From a virus (lineage: Duplodnaviria; Heunggongvirae; Uroviricota; Caudoviricetes): a DNA stretch of 42,800 bases. A program made the translations under genes and the position numbers. The notes below the pieces were generated by a model, which had not been told where the DNA came from, made no database searches, and saw only the letters and a program-made list of their open reading frames with translations. This document shows positions 8,576 to 17,990 of this stretch, piece after piece. Positions within the stretch are counted from its first letter, which is position 1, and every line of letters starts with the position of its first letter. Location of the stretch: the IMG/VR virus record IMGVR_UViG_2703719347_000006, positions 1 to 42,800 of that record, one strand, 5' to 3'.

Positions 8576-9622
8576 TCACTCTGGTTCGCTGGGGAATATA
8601 TTTATCAATTGCCCTGTTGAAATGTGCCCATTTTCTACAACCTCTAGGTATGAAATTTCAACAGTTGATTCTTTGGCTACAGCATTCAAAAACTCAAGAA
8701 GCTCATCAGTAGATGTTATGTCGGCTGAGGTCTTTATGGTGAAAGATTCACCATTTGAAACCCTTATGACGTCAATATTTATGTCCTGATTTGTTTCTCC
8801 CGAGCGACGAACGCCCGTGACATAAAAGTTATCTCTTCTAGTTTCCTTTTTTCGATCAATTGATTGTCTTTGGTTTAAGGTATTCAACTGTTCTCTATTT
8901 ACCACTCTCTGACCAATTGTTACCCTCTCAACTGACGAGTCTTGAGCAAGCTTTTTAAGCAACTTGCTTTTACCATCCTCGCCGTGAGCCAGAACCTCTC
9001 TGCTAATGTTTGTTTGACCGCTAATCAACAACTTGAGCACATTGTCTTGTGCTTCGTTTACCGCTTTGGTGCTTTTTTCCACCAATTGCACCTGAGAATC
9101 TTGGTTATGTCGCTGTGTTTCGTAGTACTCATTGATCCACTTATAGCCTACCGTGCTGGCAGCTAAGACGATAGCGGCGACGGCGCATAGTGCTTGCCTT
9201 CCTGTCATTTTGCCTATCGCTTGAGTAAACACTGTCACCACTCCGTTTACAATCGGATCTGAGTCACCATCCGCTTGGCTTGAGCCTTCGCTTATTCGGT
9301 AGACAATATCCAGCAAACCTTTCTCTGCATCTTTTAGCTTCTGCCGATTATGAGTGCTGTGACTGACTACCGTAAATGCTTTTTGTATTTCATGCGTAAG
9401 CTCTGCCATACCAAAAAGCATTGACGCAGTCAATGAAGAATTATATCTATTTGGATCGCCTTTTACATTAATATTGATCTTTGGCCATCCACTGAAAACT
9501 ACGTTAGGGAATGTGAAGTCGCTTGAGTCGATGTCCTTCCTTCCGAGCATTTCTGTTACAAAAGATACAAAGTCGTCTTCTGACTTGATAACATATTGCG
9601 CAGGTTGATCAATCGCTGACAT
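8576..9622 (-). CDS. Membrane protein of unknown function in the rexAB position (candidate lysogen-expressed exclusion protein)
   Basis: 348-aa ORF; ATG 25 nt after the cI stop with AAGGA RBS; one predicted TM segment ALCAVAAIVLAASTVGYKWI followed by a coiled-coil-like stretch; AT-rich by eye; terminator immediately downstream. Confidence 0.7.
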   Translation of the reverse strand: MSAIDQPAQYVIKSEDDFVSFVTEMLGRKDIDSSDFTFPNVVFSGWPKININVKGDPNRYNSSLTASMLFGMAELTHEIQKAFTVVSHSTHNRQKLKDAEKGLLDIVYRISEGSSQADGDSDPIVNGVVTVFTQAIGKMTGRQALCAVAAIVLAASTVGYKWINEYYETQRHNQDSQVQLVEKSTKAVNEAQDNVLKLLISGQTNISREVLAHGEDGKSKLLKKLAQDSSVERVTIGQRVVNREQLNTLNQRQSIDRKKETRRDNFYVTGVRRSGETNQDINIDVIRVSNGESFTIKTSADITSTDELLEFLNAVAKESTVEISYLEVVENGHISTGQLINIFPSEPE

Positions 9623-9647
9623 TCTTAATCCTTAACATCCATTCCTA

Positions 9648-10307
9648 TCACCCAAACGTCTCTTCTGGCCACTGGCTGGCGATAACTTTCCCTACAACGG
9701 AACAGCTATCATTGCATGGGATCATTGGATATTGCGGGTTTAGTGGTTGTAGGAACACCTGACCGCTATCCCTGATCAGTTTCTTGAAGGTAAACTCGTC
9801 ACCACCAAGTCTGGCTATGCAGAAATCACCTGGCTCAACAGCCTGCTCAGGGTCAACGAGAATTAACATCCCGTCAGGAAAGCTTGGCTTGGATCCTGTT
9901 GGTGCGGTCATGGAATTACCTTCAACTTCAAGCCAGAACGCACAATCACTGGCTTTTTTGGTTGTGCTGACCCATCTCTCCGCATCACCTTTCGTAAAGG
10001 TTCTAAGCTCAGGCGAGAACATCCCGGCCTGAACATGAGAAAAAACAGGGTACTCATATTGTTTTTTAACGGGGGCAGATGAGTATTCGCCAACAGGTGA
10101 AAATGTACCGTCGTGGTTGAATGAGACGTTATCAATACCAAGGTATTTAAACACCACACCAATCTCGTCAAGAGATGGATGACGAGATCCGCGCAACCAG
10201 TGACCAATTCCACCCTGCGTCATACCAAGCTCTTCAGCTAACTTCTCTTGAGTTATGCCGAGCTCTTTCATTCTGGATCTAGCCAGTTCATACCATTTCA
10301 TTTTCAT
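9648..10307 (-). CDS. cI: cI-type prophage repressor (HTH N-terminal domain, LexA-like S24 C-terminal domain)
   Basis: C-terminal half [21 protein letters not shown]...[15 protein letters not shown]...FTFKKL matches lambda cI as recalled; N-terminal HTH differs; start at 10307 or 10301 preferred because the track start 10370 falls inside the pR -35. Confidence 0.85.
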   Translation of the reverse strand: MKMKWYELARSRMKELGITQEKLAEELGMTQGGIGHWLRGSRHPSLDEIGVVFKYLGIDNVSFNHDGTFSPVGEYSSAPVKKQYEYPVFSHVQAGMFSPELRTFTKGDAERWVSTTKKASDCAFWLEVEGNSMTAPTGSKPSFPDGMLILVDPEQAVEPGDFCIARLGGDEFTFKKLIRDSGQVFLQPLNPQYPMIPCNDSCSVVGKVIASQWPEETFG

Positions 10308-10316
10308 ACCCTTATT

Positions 10317-10331
10317 ATTACGCTCTGTACT
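10317..10331. promoter_or_regulatory. Putative operator site (oR, cI-proximal)
   Basis: ATTACGCTCTGTACT shares the 13-mer TACG-N5-GTACT with sites at 8447-8459 and 10377-10389. Confidence 0.45.
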
Positions 10332-10364
10332 AAAACCATCCACGCACAAGATGTATTTTTTTGT

Positions 10365-10393
10365 TTGCATTCTAAAAGTACATATCGTATTAT
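10365..10393 (+). promoter_or_regulatory. Putative pR promoter with embedded operator
   Basis: -35 TTGCAT (10365-10370), 17-nt spacer, -10 TATTAT (10388-10393); operator-like 13-mer at 10377-10389 lies in the spacer. Confidence 0.5.
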
Positions 10394-10419
10394 TGTTTCA
10401 TGGTTACTATGGAGGGCAT

Positions 10420-10635
10420 ATGAGCAACCTACGAAAATATCGAGAGTCACTGAATATCTCTCAAACAACACTTGCTAAGGCAGTTGGATGCACACAGGGA
10501 GCTATCGGACATTGGGAATCTGGTCGTCGCTTCCCAGACCTTAAAACATGCCGTGCTCTTGTTGAGTGCCTAAACAAGTTAGGCGCAAAAGTCAGTCTTG
10601 ATGACGTGTTCCCGCCGGAACACAAAGCCGCTTAA
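10420..10635 (+). CDS. cro: Cro-like HTH regulator
   Basis: 71-aa ORF from ATG 10420 with GGAGGG RBS; XRE-type HTH ISQTTLAKAVGCTQGAIGHWESG; divergent from cI. Confidence 0.75.
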   Translation: MSNLRKYRESLNISQTTLAKAVGCTQGAIGHWESGRRFPDLKTCRALVECLNKLGAKVSLDDVFPPEHKAA

Positions 10636-10643
10636 GACATTCC

Positions 10644-10675
10644 CGCTCTTACACATCCCAGCCCTGAAAAAGGGC
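10644..10675 (+). promoter_or_regulatory. nutR (boxA CGCTCTTA plus boxB hairpin)
   Basis: cgctctta at 10644-10651 and gccctgaaaaagggc at 10661-10675, matching lambda nutR as recalled. Confidence 0.75.
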
Positions 10676-10754
10676 ATCAAATTAAACCACACCTATGGTG
10701 TATGCATTTATTTGCATACATTCAATCAATTGTTATCTAAGGAAATACTTACAT

Positions 10755-11033
10755 ATGCAACTTACAAGTACTCGCAAGAAAGCGAATGCAATTACAAGCA
10801 ACATCCTGAATCGAATTGCTGTACGTGGTCAGCGAAAGGTTGCCGACGCGTTAGGGATTAATGAATCGCAAATTTCGCGATGGAAAGACAGCTTTATCCC
10901 AAAGATGGCCATGCTTCTGGCTGTGCTGGAGTGGGGTGTTGAAGACGAGGAATTAGCGGAGCTGGCAAAGAAAGTAGCCATGGTGCTGACAAAAGAAAAG
11001 CCTCAAGACTGCGGCAACAGTTTTGAGGCCTGA
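10755..11033 (+). CDS. cII: cII-like transcriptional activator
   Basis: 92-aa ORF from ATG 10755 with AAGGAAA RBS; motif ESQISRWKDSFIPKMAMLLAVLEWGV resembles lambda cII. Confidence 0.75.
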   Translation: MQLTSTRKKANAITSNILNRIAVRGQRKVADALGINESQISRWKDSFIPKMAMLLAVLEWGVEDEELAELAKKVAMVLTKEKPQDCGNSFEA

Positions 11034-11067
11034 TGTAGAAAGACTGGATCAATCCACAGGAGTAATT

Positions 11068-11229
11068 ATGACAAAACGTCGTAAGAAATACCAGGAAAAA
11101 GAAGAGATTCGACACCCTGATTCACCTGAGGGATTAGTGGTAGCCGCAGCAAATAACAGGGCGTTCGCAGAGCGCCTTGTTGGTGTTTACAGACTAGCCA
11201 AAGCAGGAGTGAAACATGGGCGTCGTTAA
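11068..11229 (+). CDS. Hypothetical basic small protein (53 aa)
   Basis: ATG at 11068 with AGGAG RBS; overlaps start of O gene. Confidence 0.3.
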   Translation: MTKRRKKYQEKEEIRHPDSPEGLVVAAANNRAFAERLVGVYRLAKAGVKHGRR

Positions 11230-12037
11230 GTTAGCTGATTACAGGCCTCAACTGGAGGTCGTGGAGCATCGCGTGGCAGATACCGAAGATGGTTTCATGC
11301 GCGTTGCTAACGAGATTACCGACAGTCTGCTGATGGCTGATTTAACCGTCCGGCAGTTGAAGGTGATGCTCGCTATCATGCGCAAGACATACGGATTCAA
11401 TAAGCCGATGGATCGACTCACAAACACGCAGATAGCAGCCATGACAGGTATTCATCACACTCATGTTTGCGCTGCCAAGCGCCAGCTTATCGAGCGTAAA
11501 TTCCTCATTGCTGATGGCGTGAAAATCGGAGTGAACAAGGTGGTTTCTCAGTGGATTAGCCAGGACAGCTTAACATTAGCTAAAACAGCTAATAAAACAT
11601 TAGCCGAGTCGGCTAATGGGTATAAGCCAAGTCAGCTAAACACAAAAGACAATATACAAAAGACAATAAATACAAATACCCCCTTACCCCCTAACGGGGG
11701 CGGCGATGGGCAGGTTAAACCTGAACGTCGCAAGGCAGAACGAATCGACTACGAATCCTTCCTGAACGCCTACAACACCGAGGTCGGTGACAGACTGCCG
11801 CACGCTGTTGCGGTCAACGAGAAACGCAAACGTCGCTTGAAGAAAATCATTCCGCAACTGAAAACGCCAAACGTGGACGGTTTCAGAGCGTATGTCAGGG
11901 CGTTTGTGCATCAGGCCAAGCCGTTTTACTTCGGAGACAACGACACGGGCTGGACGGCCGATTTTGATTACCTGCTGAGGGAAGATTCGTTAACGGGAGT
12001 ACGGGAAGGGAAGTTTGCAGACAGGGGGATTGCATGA
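11216..12037 (+). CDS. Replication initiator O-like protein
   Basis: 273-aa ORF; N-terminal region [31 protein letters not shown] typical of phage replication protein O family; contains iteron array. Confidence 0.8.
   Translation: MGVVKLADYRPQLEVVEHRVADTEDGFMRVANEITDSLLMADLTVRQLKVMLAIMRKTYGFNKPMDRLTNTQIAAMTGIHHTHVCAAKRQLIERKFLIADGVKIGVNKVVSQWISQDSLTLAKTANKTLAESANGYKPSQLNTKDNIQKTINTNTPLPPNGGGDGQVKPERRKAERIDYESFLNAYNTEVGDRLPHAVAVNEKRKRRLKKIIPQLKTPNVDGFRAYVRAFVHQAKPFYFGDNDTGWTADFDYLLREDSLTGVREGKFADRGIA
11556..11680. repeat. Putative origin of replication: four iterons plus AT-rich tract inside the O gene
   Basis: Dyad repeats TTAGCCAGGACAGCTTAA (11556), TTAGCTAAAACAGCTAA (11576), TTAGCCGAGTCGGCTAA (11600), TAAGCCAAGTCAGCTAA (11623) at about 20-24 bp spacing, followed by an AT-rich stretch 11641-11680. 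Confidence 0.55.
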
Positions 12038-13410
12038 GACAGGATATCGAAGCGAGCGTTATCGGTGGCCTGCTGATTGGTGGATTAACTCCAACCGCCA
12101 GCGACGTTCTGGCAACACTGGAGCCGGAAGCGTTTTCAATTCCGCTCTACCGGAAAGCCTTCGAGGTTATCCGTAAGCAGGCGAGAAACAGAAACCTAAT
12201 CGATGCGCTGATGGTTGCCGAGGAGTGCGGAGAGGAGCATTTCACGTCAATCCTGATGACCAGCAAAAACTGCCCGAGTGCCGCAAACCTGAAGGGATAT
12301 GCCGGAATGGTCGCGGATAACTATCACCGCCGTCTGGTGCTGGAAATCATGGATGAAATGCGTGAACCAATTCAGAGCGGAACCATCGACGCATCGAGTC
12401 AGGCGATGGATGAGCTTGTAAAGCGTCTCTCAGCCATCAGAAAGCCCCGTGACGAGGTTAAACCTGTACGGTTAGGGGAAATCATCACTGACTACACCGA
12501 CACGCTTGACAGGCGTCTGAGGAACGGAGAAGAGTCAGATACCCTGAAGACCGGAATCGAAGAACTTGACGCCATCACCGGAGGGATGAACGCAGAAGAC
12601 CTGGTGATTATCGCCGCTCGTCCTGGTATGGGGAAAACCGAGCTGGCGCTGAAGATTGCCGAAGGTGTTGCAAGCCGCGTTATTCCTGGTTCTGACGTCC
12701 GGCGCGGAGTGTTGATTTTCTCGATGGAAATGAGCGCATTGCAGATTGCAGAGCGAAGTATTGCCAACGCCGGGAGGATGTCGGTTAGCGTGCTGCGAAA
12801 TCCTGCATCGATGGATGACGAAGGCTGGGCGCGCGTTGCTAACGGCATGAGTCAGCTTGCAGATTTGGATGTATGGGTAGTCGATGCCTCGCGGTTATCG
12901 GTCGAAGAAATACGCTCAATCGCAGAACGGCACAAACAGGAAAATCCAAACCTCTCACTCATCATGGCGGATTATCTTGGCCTGATTGAGAAGCCGAAAG
13001 CAGACCGCAACGACCTCGCAATTGCTCACATCTCCGGAAGCCTGAAGGCGATGGCGAAAGACCTGAAAACGCCTGTTATCTCCCTAAGTCAGCTTTCACG
13101 CGATGTTGAGAAACGACCAAACAAACGCCCGACAAACGCAGATTTGCGTGATTCAGGAAGCATTGAACAGGACGCAGACTCAATCATCATGCTCTATCGT
13201 GAGGCGGTATATGACGAGAACAGTAGCGCCGCACCATTTGCTGAAATCATTGTGACAAAAAACCGTTTTGGCTCACTTGGTACGGTTTACCAGCGGTTCT
13301 GCAACGGACACTTTGTTGCATGTGACCAGGATGAAGCCAGACAGATTTGCACAGCATCAAATGCACCTGCTGCGCGTGGCAGACGATATGCACAAGGGGC
13401 TGACGTATGA
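12034..13410 (+). CDS. Replicative DNA helicase (DnaB-like)
   Basis: 458-aa ORF with Walker [10 protein letters not shown] and DnaB-type C-terminal domain; 4-nt overlap with O gene. Confidence 0.85.
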   Translation: MRQDIEASVIGGLLIGGLTPTASDVLATLEPEAFSIPLYRKAFEVIRKQARNRNLIDALMVAEECGEEHFTSILMTSKNCPSAANLKGYAGMVADNYHRRLVLEIMDEMREPIQSGTIDASSQAMDELVKRLSAIRKPRDEVKPVRLGEIITDYTDTLDRRLRNGEESDTLKTGIEELDAITGGMNAEDLVIIAARPGMGKTELALKIAEGVASRVIPGSDVRRGVLIFSMEMSALQIAERSIANAGRMSVSVLRNPASMDDEGWARVANGMSQLADLDVWVVDASRLSVEEIRSIAERHKQENPNLSLIMADYLGLIEKPKADRNDLAIAHISGSLKAMAKDLKTPVISLSQLSRDVEKRPNKRPTNADLRDSGSIEQDADSIIMLYREAVYDENSSAAPFAEIIVTKNRFGSLGTVYQRFCNGHFVACDQDEARQICTASNAPAARGRRYAQGADV

Positions 13411-13435
13411 CCATCTACATCACTGAGCTAATAAC

Positions 13436-13467
13436 AGGCCTGCTGGTAATCGCAGGCCTTTTTATTT
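13436..13467 (+). terminator. Rho-independent terminator after helicase gene (tR2-like position)
   Basis: Stem aggcctgc (13436-13443) / gcaggcct (13452-13459), 8-nt loop, followed by ttttattt. Confidence 0.6.
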
Positions 13468-13482
13468 GGGGGAGAGTAAATC

Positions 13483-13689
13483 GTGGTTGAGTTTATGCTC
13501 GTCGCACTCAAATGCGTTGGCGTTGGATGGATTCTTCTGACGTTTTTTATTGTTCTGCATAGCTACATTCGTCTTGTGAATGACGGTAAAGATCCATGGT
13601 ATACGTTGTTTGGCGCTGCATTTGTCTGGGTGATTATCGGTGTTATGCCTGTCGCTGTAGCAAAAATGGCGTGGCGTTTTGTGAGTTGA
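13483..13689 (+). CDS. Small membrane protein (68 aa)
   Basis: Two hydrophobic segments; first gene after the terminator in the nin-like region. Confidence 0.4.
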   Translation: MVEFMLVALKCVGVGWILLTFFIVLHSYIRLVNDGKDPWYTLFGAAFVWVIIGVMPVAVAKMAWRFVS

Positions 13690-13706
13690 ACTGAGGGTAA
13701 GTATCG

Positions 13707-14021
13707 ATGGACGAATCAAGAAAGCAGTTTGAGGAATACGTTGCCAAAAAATTGAAATTACCATTCGAGATGATAACCGAGGCAAGAAATGGTGATAGGT
13801 ACTTCGCATTTTCAAGCATGGATATTCGTCACTCCTTAAATGAGTGGTGGACTTTATGGCAGGCATCGCGAGCAGCTATTGAAATAACCGCGCCAAAGTT
13901 TATCGACAGCAGAGAAGCATTAACCAAAGGGTTTACTGTTGATTATTCCAATGGCTTCGGCGATGGAATGGATGCTTATGAGGAAAACATCCGCGCTGCT
14001 GGAGTCAAGGTGAAGGAGTAA
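13707..14021 (+). CDS. Hypothetical nin-region protein (104 aa)
   Basis: ORF tightly packed before ninB-like gene; no motif recognised. Confidence 0.45.
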   Translation: MDESRKQFEEYVAKKLKLPFEMITEARNGDRYFAFSSMDIRHSLNEWWTLWQASRAAIEITAPKFIDSREALTKGFTVDYSNGFGDGMDAYEENIRAAGVKVKE

Positions 14022-14023
14022 CG

Positions 14024-14434
14024 ATGAAGCAGACAATCTTCCTCCGAAGTAAGCAACAACAGCAAGCCGCAATCAACGCCATCCTCGCAACTCCTCTCGA
14101 TAAAGAAAAGCCAGTCACCATCCGCATTACTGACTACAAGCGCAACCTTGACCAGAACGCAAAATTTCACGCGATGCTGGCGGATATCTCTCGTCAGGTT
14201 CAATGGTGCGGCAAATGGTTAAAACCAGAACAATGGAAGGTTTTGTTGATCAGCGGTCATGCAGTGGCAACAAAGCAGGAAGCTGATGTTTTGCCCGGCC
14301 TTGAAGGCGAATTCGTCAACATTCGGGAGAGTAGCGCACAGATGAGCGTGAAGCGTATGGCAAGTCTGATCGAGTACACAACAGCCTGGGCTATTGGTCA
14401 GGGTGTCAGATTTACCGACAGGAGGTACGAATGA
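14024..14434 (+). CDS. ninB: NinB-like recombination protein
   Basis: 136-aa ORF; resembles lambda NinB (Orf) as recalled, e.g. [25 protein letters not shown]. Confidence 0.75.
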   Translation: MKQTIFLRSKQQQQAAINAILATPLDKEKPVTIRITDYKRNLDQNAKFHAMLADISRQVQWCGKWLKPEQWKVLLISGHAVATKQEADVLPGLEGEFVNIRESSAQMSVKRMASLIEYTTAWAIGQGVRFTDRRYE

Positions 14435-14613
14435 GACGACAGCGACGAAGTTTCACCGACATCATCTGCGAAAACTGCAAATACCTTCCAACGAAACGCT
14501 CCAGAAATAAACGCAAGCCAATCCCAAAAGAATCTGACGTAAAAACCTTCAACTACACGGCTCACCTGTGGGATATCCGGTGGCTTAGAGAACGTGCGAG
14601 GAAAACAAGGTGA
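14431..14613 (+). CDS. ninE: NinE-like protein
   Basis: 60-aa [26 protein letters not shown]... near-identical to lambda NinE as recalled. Confidence 0.8.
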   Translation: MRRQRRSFTDIICENCKYLPTKRSRNKRKPIPKESDVKTFNYTAHLWDIRWLRERARKTR

Positions 14614-14780
14614 TTGACCAAAATCGAAGTTACGAACAAGGAAGTGTCGAGCGAGCTTTAACGTGCGCTAACTGCGGTCAGAAGCTGCATGTGCTGGAAG
14701 TTCACGTGTGTGAGCACTGCTGCGCAGAACTGATGAGCGATCCGAATAGCTCGATGCACGAGGAAGAAGACGATGGCTAA
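14610..14780 (+). CDS. ninF: NinF-like protein
   Basis: 56-aa ORF from GTG 14610 (overlapping ninE stop), translation [56 protein letters not shown]; absent from ORF track because under 60 aa. Confidence 0.7.
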   Translation: MIDQNRSYEQGSVERALTCANCGQKLHVLEVHVCEHCCAELMSDPNSSMHEEEDDG

Positions 14781-15384
14781 ACCAGCGCGAAGACGATGTA
14801 AAAACGATGAATGTCGGGAATGGTTTCACCCTGCATTCGCCAATCAGTGGTGGTGCTCTCCAGAGTGTGGAACCAAGATAGCACTCGAACGACGAAGCAA
14901 AGAACGCGAAAAAGCGGAAAAGGCAGCAGAGAAGAAACGACGACGAGAGGAGCAGAAACAGAAAGATAAACTTAAGATTCGAAAACTCGCCTTAAAGCCC
15001 CGCAGTTACTGGATTAAACAAGCCCAACAAGCCGTAAACGCCTTCATCAGAGAAAGAGACCGCGACTTACCATGTATCTCGTGCGGAACGCTCACGTCTG
15101 CTCAGTGGGATGCCGGACATTACCGGACAACTGCTGCGGCACCTCAACTCCGATTTGATGAACGCAATATTCACAAGCAATGCGTGGTGTGCAACCAGCA
15201 CAAAAGTGGAAATCTCGTTCCGTATCGCGTCGAACTGATTATCCGCATCGGGCAGGAAGCAGTAGACGAAATCGAATCAAACCATAACCGCCATCGCTGG
15301 ACTATCGAAGAGTGCAAGGCGATCAAGGCAGAGTACCAACAGAAACTCAAAGACCTGCGAAATAGCAGAAGTGAGGCCGCATGA
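14773..15384 (+). CDS. ninG: NinG-like protein (Rap, recombination endonuclease family)
   Basis: 203-aa ORF with Cys-rich N-terminus [12 protein letters not shown]...WWCSPECG and basic linker, as in lambda NinG. Confidence 0.8.
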   Translation: MAKPARRRCKNDECREWFHPAFANQWWCSPECGTKIALERRSKEREKAEKAAEKKRRREEQKQKDKLKIRKLALKPRSYWIKQAQQAVNAFIRERDRDLPCISCGTLTSAQWDAGHYRTTAAAPQLRFDERNIHKQCVVCNQHKSGNLVPYRVELIIRIGQEAVDEIESNHNRHRWTIEECKAIKAEYQQKLKDLRNSRSEAA

Positions 15385-15587
15385 CGTTCTCAGTAAAAAC
15401 CATTCCAGACATGCTCGTTGAAGCATACGGAAACCAGACAGAAGTAGCACGCAGACTGAAATGTAGTCGCGGCACGGTCAGAAAATACGTTGATGATAAA
15501 GACGGGAAAATGCACGCCATCGTCAACGACGTTCTCATGGTTCATCGCGGATGGAGTGAAAGAGATGCGCTATTACGAAAGAATTGA
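15381..15587 (+). CDS. ninH: NinH-like protein
   Basis: 68-aa [39 protein letters not shown] with HTH-like segment; 4-nt overlap with ninG. Confidence 0.7.
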   Translation: MTFSVKTIPDMLVEAYGNQTEVARRLKCSRGTVRKYVDDKDGKMHAIVNDVLMVHRGWSERDALLRKN

Positions 15588-16236
15588 TGGCAGCAAATAC
15601 CGAAATATTTGGGTAGTTGGCGATCTGCACGGATGCTACACGAACCTGATGAAAAAACTGGAGACGATAGGATTCGACACCAAAAAAGACCTGCTTATCT
15701 CGGTTGGCGATTTGGTCGATCGCGGTACAGAGAACGTCGAATGTCTGGAATTAATCACATTCCCCTGGTTCAGAGCTGTACGTGGAAACCATGAGCAAAT
15801 GATGATTGATGGCTTATCAGAGCGCGGAAACGTCAATCACTGGCTGTTTAATGGCGGTGGCTGGTTCTTTAATCTCGATTACGACAAAGAAATTCTGGCT
15901 AAAGCTCTTGCCCATAAAGCAGATGAACTTCCGTTAATCATCGAACTGGTGAGCGAAGGTAAAAAATATGTCATCTGCCACGCCGATTATCCTTGTGACG
16001 AATACGAATTTGGAAAGCCAGTTGATCATCAGCAGGTAATCTGGAACCGCGAACGAATCAGCAACTCACAAGACGGGATCGTGAAAGAAATCAAAGGAGC
16101 TGACACGTTCATCTTTGGTCATACGCCAGCAGTGAAACTACTCAAGTTTGCCAACCAGATGTATATCGATACCGGCGCAGTGTTCTGCGGAAACCTCACA
16201 TTGATTCAGGTACAGGGAGAAGGCGCGTGGGCATAA
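15565..16236 (+). CDS. ninI: Ser/Thr protein phosphatase (lambda PPase / NinI-like)
   Basis: Start at internal ATG 15565 (MRYYERIDG...); metallophosphatase motifs GDLHG, GDLVDRG, GNHE. Confidence 0.85.
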   Translation: MRYYERIDGSKYRNIWVVGDLHGCYTNLMKKLETIGFDTKKDLLISVGDLVDRGTENVECLELITFPWFRAVRGNHEQMMIDGLSERGNVNHWLFNGGGWFFNLDYDKEILAKALAHKADELPLIIELVSEGKKYVICHADYPCDEYEFGKPVDHQQVIWNRERISNSQDGIVKEIKGADTFIFGHTPAVKLLKFANQMYIDTGAVFCGNLTLIQVQGEGAWA

Positions 16237-16745
16237 GAGAACTAAACCTCACCAAAGAGCAGCACGAGTGGCTGAATGGCTGGCTTGAACTGTGGGGCGC
16301 ATGGGTTTATTCAGGTCGTCTGGAAAAGCGCATGAGCAGCGTAATAGCGAAGTTCATGGAGAGCGTAGAGCCGGGAAGAGTTATGACAAGGCCAATGTGC
16401 AATGATGATGATGGAATGTTGATTTCTCAGGTCGTCGATTCCGTCATGTACATTGACAAGAAAGCCTTTGGCATCCTCCTCAGCTACTACGCTCATGGTT
16501 CATCTAAGCGAGCAATTGCATCCTACTATCACGCGACTGCAAAGCCACGCAAGATGTGTGGACGTGGTGGCGAGGGATGGAGAAAACCTTCACTGGCAAC
16601 CTGTAGAAACGAAATTGACGACATCCTGAAAGCGTCATTATTTGTTTTATACCAGCCAATGCAAAATGCTTTCAAAATGCGTAAACGTGTTGAGAAAGTT
16701 AAGCATGTTGCCGTTAAAAGCCTTGACATGCAATTAGCCATTTAG
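16227..16745 (+). CDS. Late-gene antiterminator Q-like protein
   Basis: 172-aa ORF (GTG start with GGAGAAGG RBS) in the Q position between nin genes and the late promoter; Cys-containing; not lambda-Q-like in sequence. Confidence 0.5.
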   Translation: MGIRELNLTKEQHEWLNGWLELWGAWVYSGRLEKRMSSVIAKFMESVEPGRVMTRPMCNDDDGMLISQVVDSVMYIDKKAFGILLSYYAHGSSKRAIASYYHATAKPRKMCGRGGEGWRKPSLATCRNEIDDILKASLFVLYQPMQNAFKMRKRVEKVKHVAVKSLDMQLAI

Positions 16746-16752
16746 CCATAAT
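16723..16752 (+). promoter_or_regulatory. Putative late promoter pR'
   Basis: -35 TTGACA (16723-16728), 18-nt spacer, -10 CATAAT (16747-16752), overlapping the 3' end of the Q-like gene. Confidence 0.45.
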
Positions 16753-16762
16753 TAGAGGGTAA

Positions 16763-16805
16763 GCTGCCGTTAGTGACTCTTAAGTTGCAACGGTGGCTTT
16801 TTTTA
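16763..16805 (+). terminator. Putative tR'-like terminator
   Basis: Imperfect 9-bp stem gctgccgtt (16763-16771) / aacggtggc (16789-16797) with a long loop, followed by a T-run 16798-16805. Confidence 0.35.
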
Positions 16806-16808
16806 TTT

Positions 16809-16883
16809 GGGTCAGTCGTATAAAGGTCATTACGGAAGGCTGTTAACCTTCTTATCGTGGTTCGAGTCCACGCTGTCCCGCCA
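16809..16883 (+). tRNA. tRNA-Asn (anticodon GUU), by manual cloverleaf folding
   Basis: 75 nt: acceptor gggtcag/ctgtccc (one mismatch), anticodon stem gaagg/ccttc, loop ctGTTaa, T-arm cgtgg-TTCGAGT-ccacg, discriminator g and CCA. Confidence 0.6.
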
Positions 16884-16888
16884 AATAT

Positions 16889-16964
16889 GCTGGTTTAGCT
16901 CCAATGGTAGAGCAGTCGCCTTGTAAGCGAATGGGTAGCGGTTCAAGTCCGTTAACCAGCACCA
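16889..16964 (+). tRNA. tRNA-Thr (anticodon UGU), by manual cloverleaf folding
   Basis: 76 nt: acceptor gctggtt/aaccagc, D-arm gctc/gagc with GG in loop, anticodon loop ctTGTaa, T-arm agcgg-TTCAAGT-ccgtt, discriminator a and CCA. Confidence 0.7.
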
Positions 16965-17206
16965 TAACTGAGCCGTAGCCACTGGCTATCCTGAATTCAT
17001 CAGTGATAGTTACGCTGCGGCATTCTACGCATGACCTTCGTGAAAGCGGGTGGCATGAGGTTGCCCTAACAACCTCCTGCCGTTTTGCCCGTGCATATCG
17101 GTCACGAACAAATCTGATTACTAAACACAGTAGCCTGGATTTGTTCTATCAGTAATCGACCTTATTCCTAATTAAATAGAGCAAATCCCCTTATTGGGGG
17201 TAAGAC

Positions 17207-17530
17207 ATGAAGATGCCAGAAAAAAATGACCTGTTAGCCGCCATTCTAGCGGCAAAGGAACAAGGCATCGGGGCAATCCTTGCGTTTGCAATGGCGTACC
17301 TTCGCGGCAGATATAATGGTGGTGCGTTTACAAAAACAGTAATCGACGCAACGATGTGCGCCATTATCGCCTGGTTCATTCGTGACCTTCTCGGCTTCGC
17401 CGGACTAAGTAGCAATCTCGCTTATATAACGAGCGTGTTCATCGGCTACATCGGTACTGACTCGATTGGTTCGCTTATCAAACGCTTCGCTGCTAAAAAA
17501 GCCGGAGTAGAAGATGGTGGAAATCAATAA
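17207..17530 (+). CDS. S: Holin S (class I, dual-start MKM)
   Basis: 107-aa [25 protein letters not shown]... matching lambda S as recalled. Confidence 0.9.
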   Translation: MKMPEKNDLLAAILAAKEQGIGAILAFAMAYLRGRYNGGAFTKTVIDATMCAIIAWFIRDLLGFAGLSSNLAYITSVFIGYIGTDSIGSLIKRFAAKKAGVEDGGNQ

Positions 17531-17990
17531 TCAACGTAAGGCGTTCCTCGATATGCTGGCATGGTCAGAGGGAACTGATAACGGACGTCAGAAAACCAGA
17601 AATCATGGTTATGACGTCATTGTAGGAGGAGAGCTATTCACTGATTACTCCGATCACCCTCGCAAACTTGTCACGCTAAACCCAAAACTCAAATCAACAG
17701 CAGCCGGACGTTACCAGCTTCTTTCCCGTTGGTGGGATTCCTATCGTAAGCAGCTTGGCCTGAAAGACTTCTCTCCGAAAAGCCAGGACGCTGTGGCATT
17801 GCAGCAGATTAAAGAGCGTGGCGCTTTACCGATGATTGATCGCGGTGATATTCGTCAGGCTATCGACCGTTGCAGCAATATCTGGGCTTCACTGCCGGGC
17901 GCTGGTTATGGTCAGTTCGAGCATAAGGCTGACAGCCTGATTGCAAAATTCAAAGAAGCAGGCGGAACGGTCAGAGAGATTGAGGTATGA
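17514..17990 (+). CDS. R: Endolysin R (lytic transglycosylase)
   Basis: 158-aa ORF matching lambda R as recalled. Confidence 0.9.
   Translation: MVEINNQRKAFLDMLAWSEGTDNGRQKTRNHGYDVIVGGELFTDYSDHPRKLVTLNPKLKSTAAGRYQLLSRWWDSYRKQLGLKDFSPKSQDAVALQQIKERGALPMIDRGDIRQAIDRCSNIWASLPGAGYGQFEHKADSLIAKFKEAGGTVREIEV

Noticed and set aside
8576-9622. Protein kinase identity for the cI-linked 348-aa protein (by analogy to kinases found at this locus in some phages)
   Set aside because: No glycine-rich loop, HRD or DFG motifs are present.
9648-10370. ORF-track start of cI at 10370 (MQTKKYIL...)
   Set aside because: That ATG lies inside the pR -35 hexamer and would leave only 49 bp between cI and cro; the internal ATGs at 10307 or 10301 with an AAGGG RBS fit the promoter and operator layout better.
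16965-17206. A third tRNA downstream of tRNA-Thr
   Set aside because: No T-loop motif or cloverleaf could be folded; the region has a 9-bp inverted repeat (17106-17114 / 17138-17146) and appears to be lambda-like sequence upstream of S.
16965-17206. Toxin cargo (for example Shiga toxin genes) between the tRNAs and the lysis cassette
   Set aside because: No ORF of adequate length exists there; holin S follows directly.
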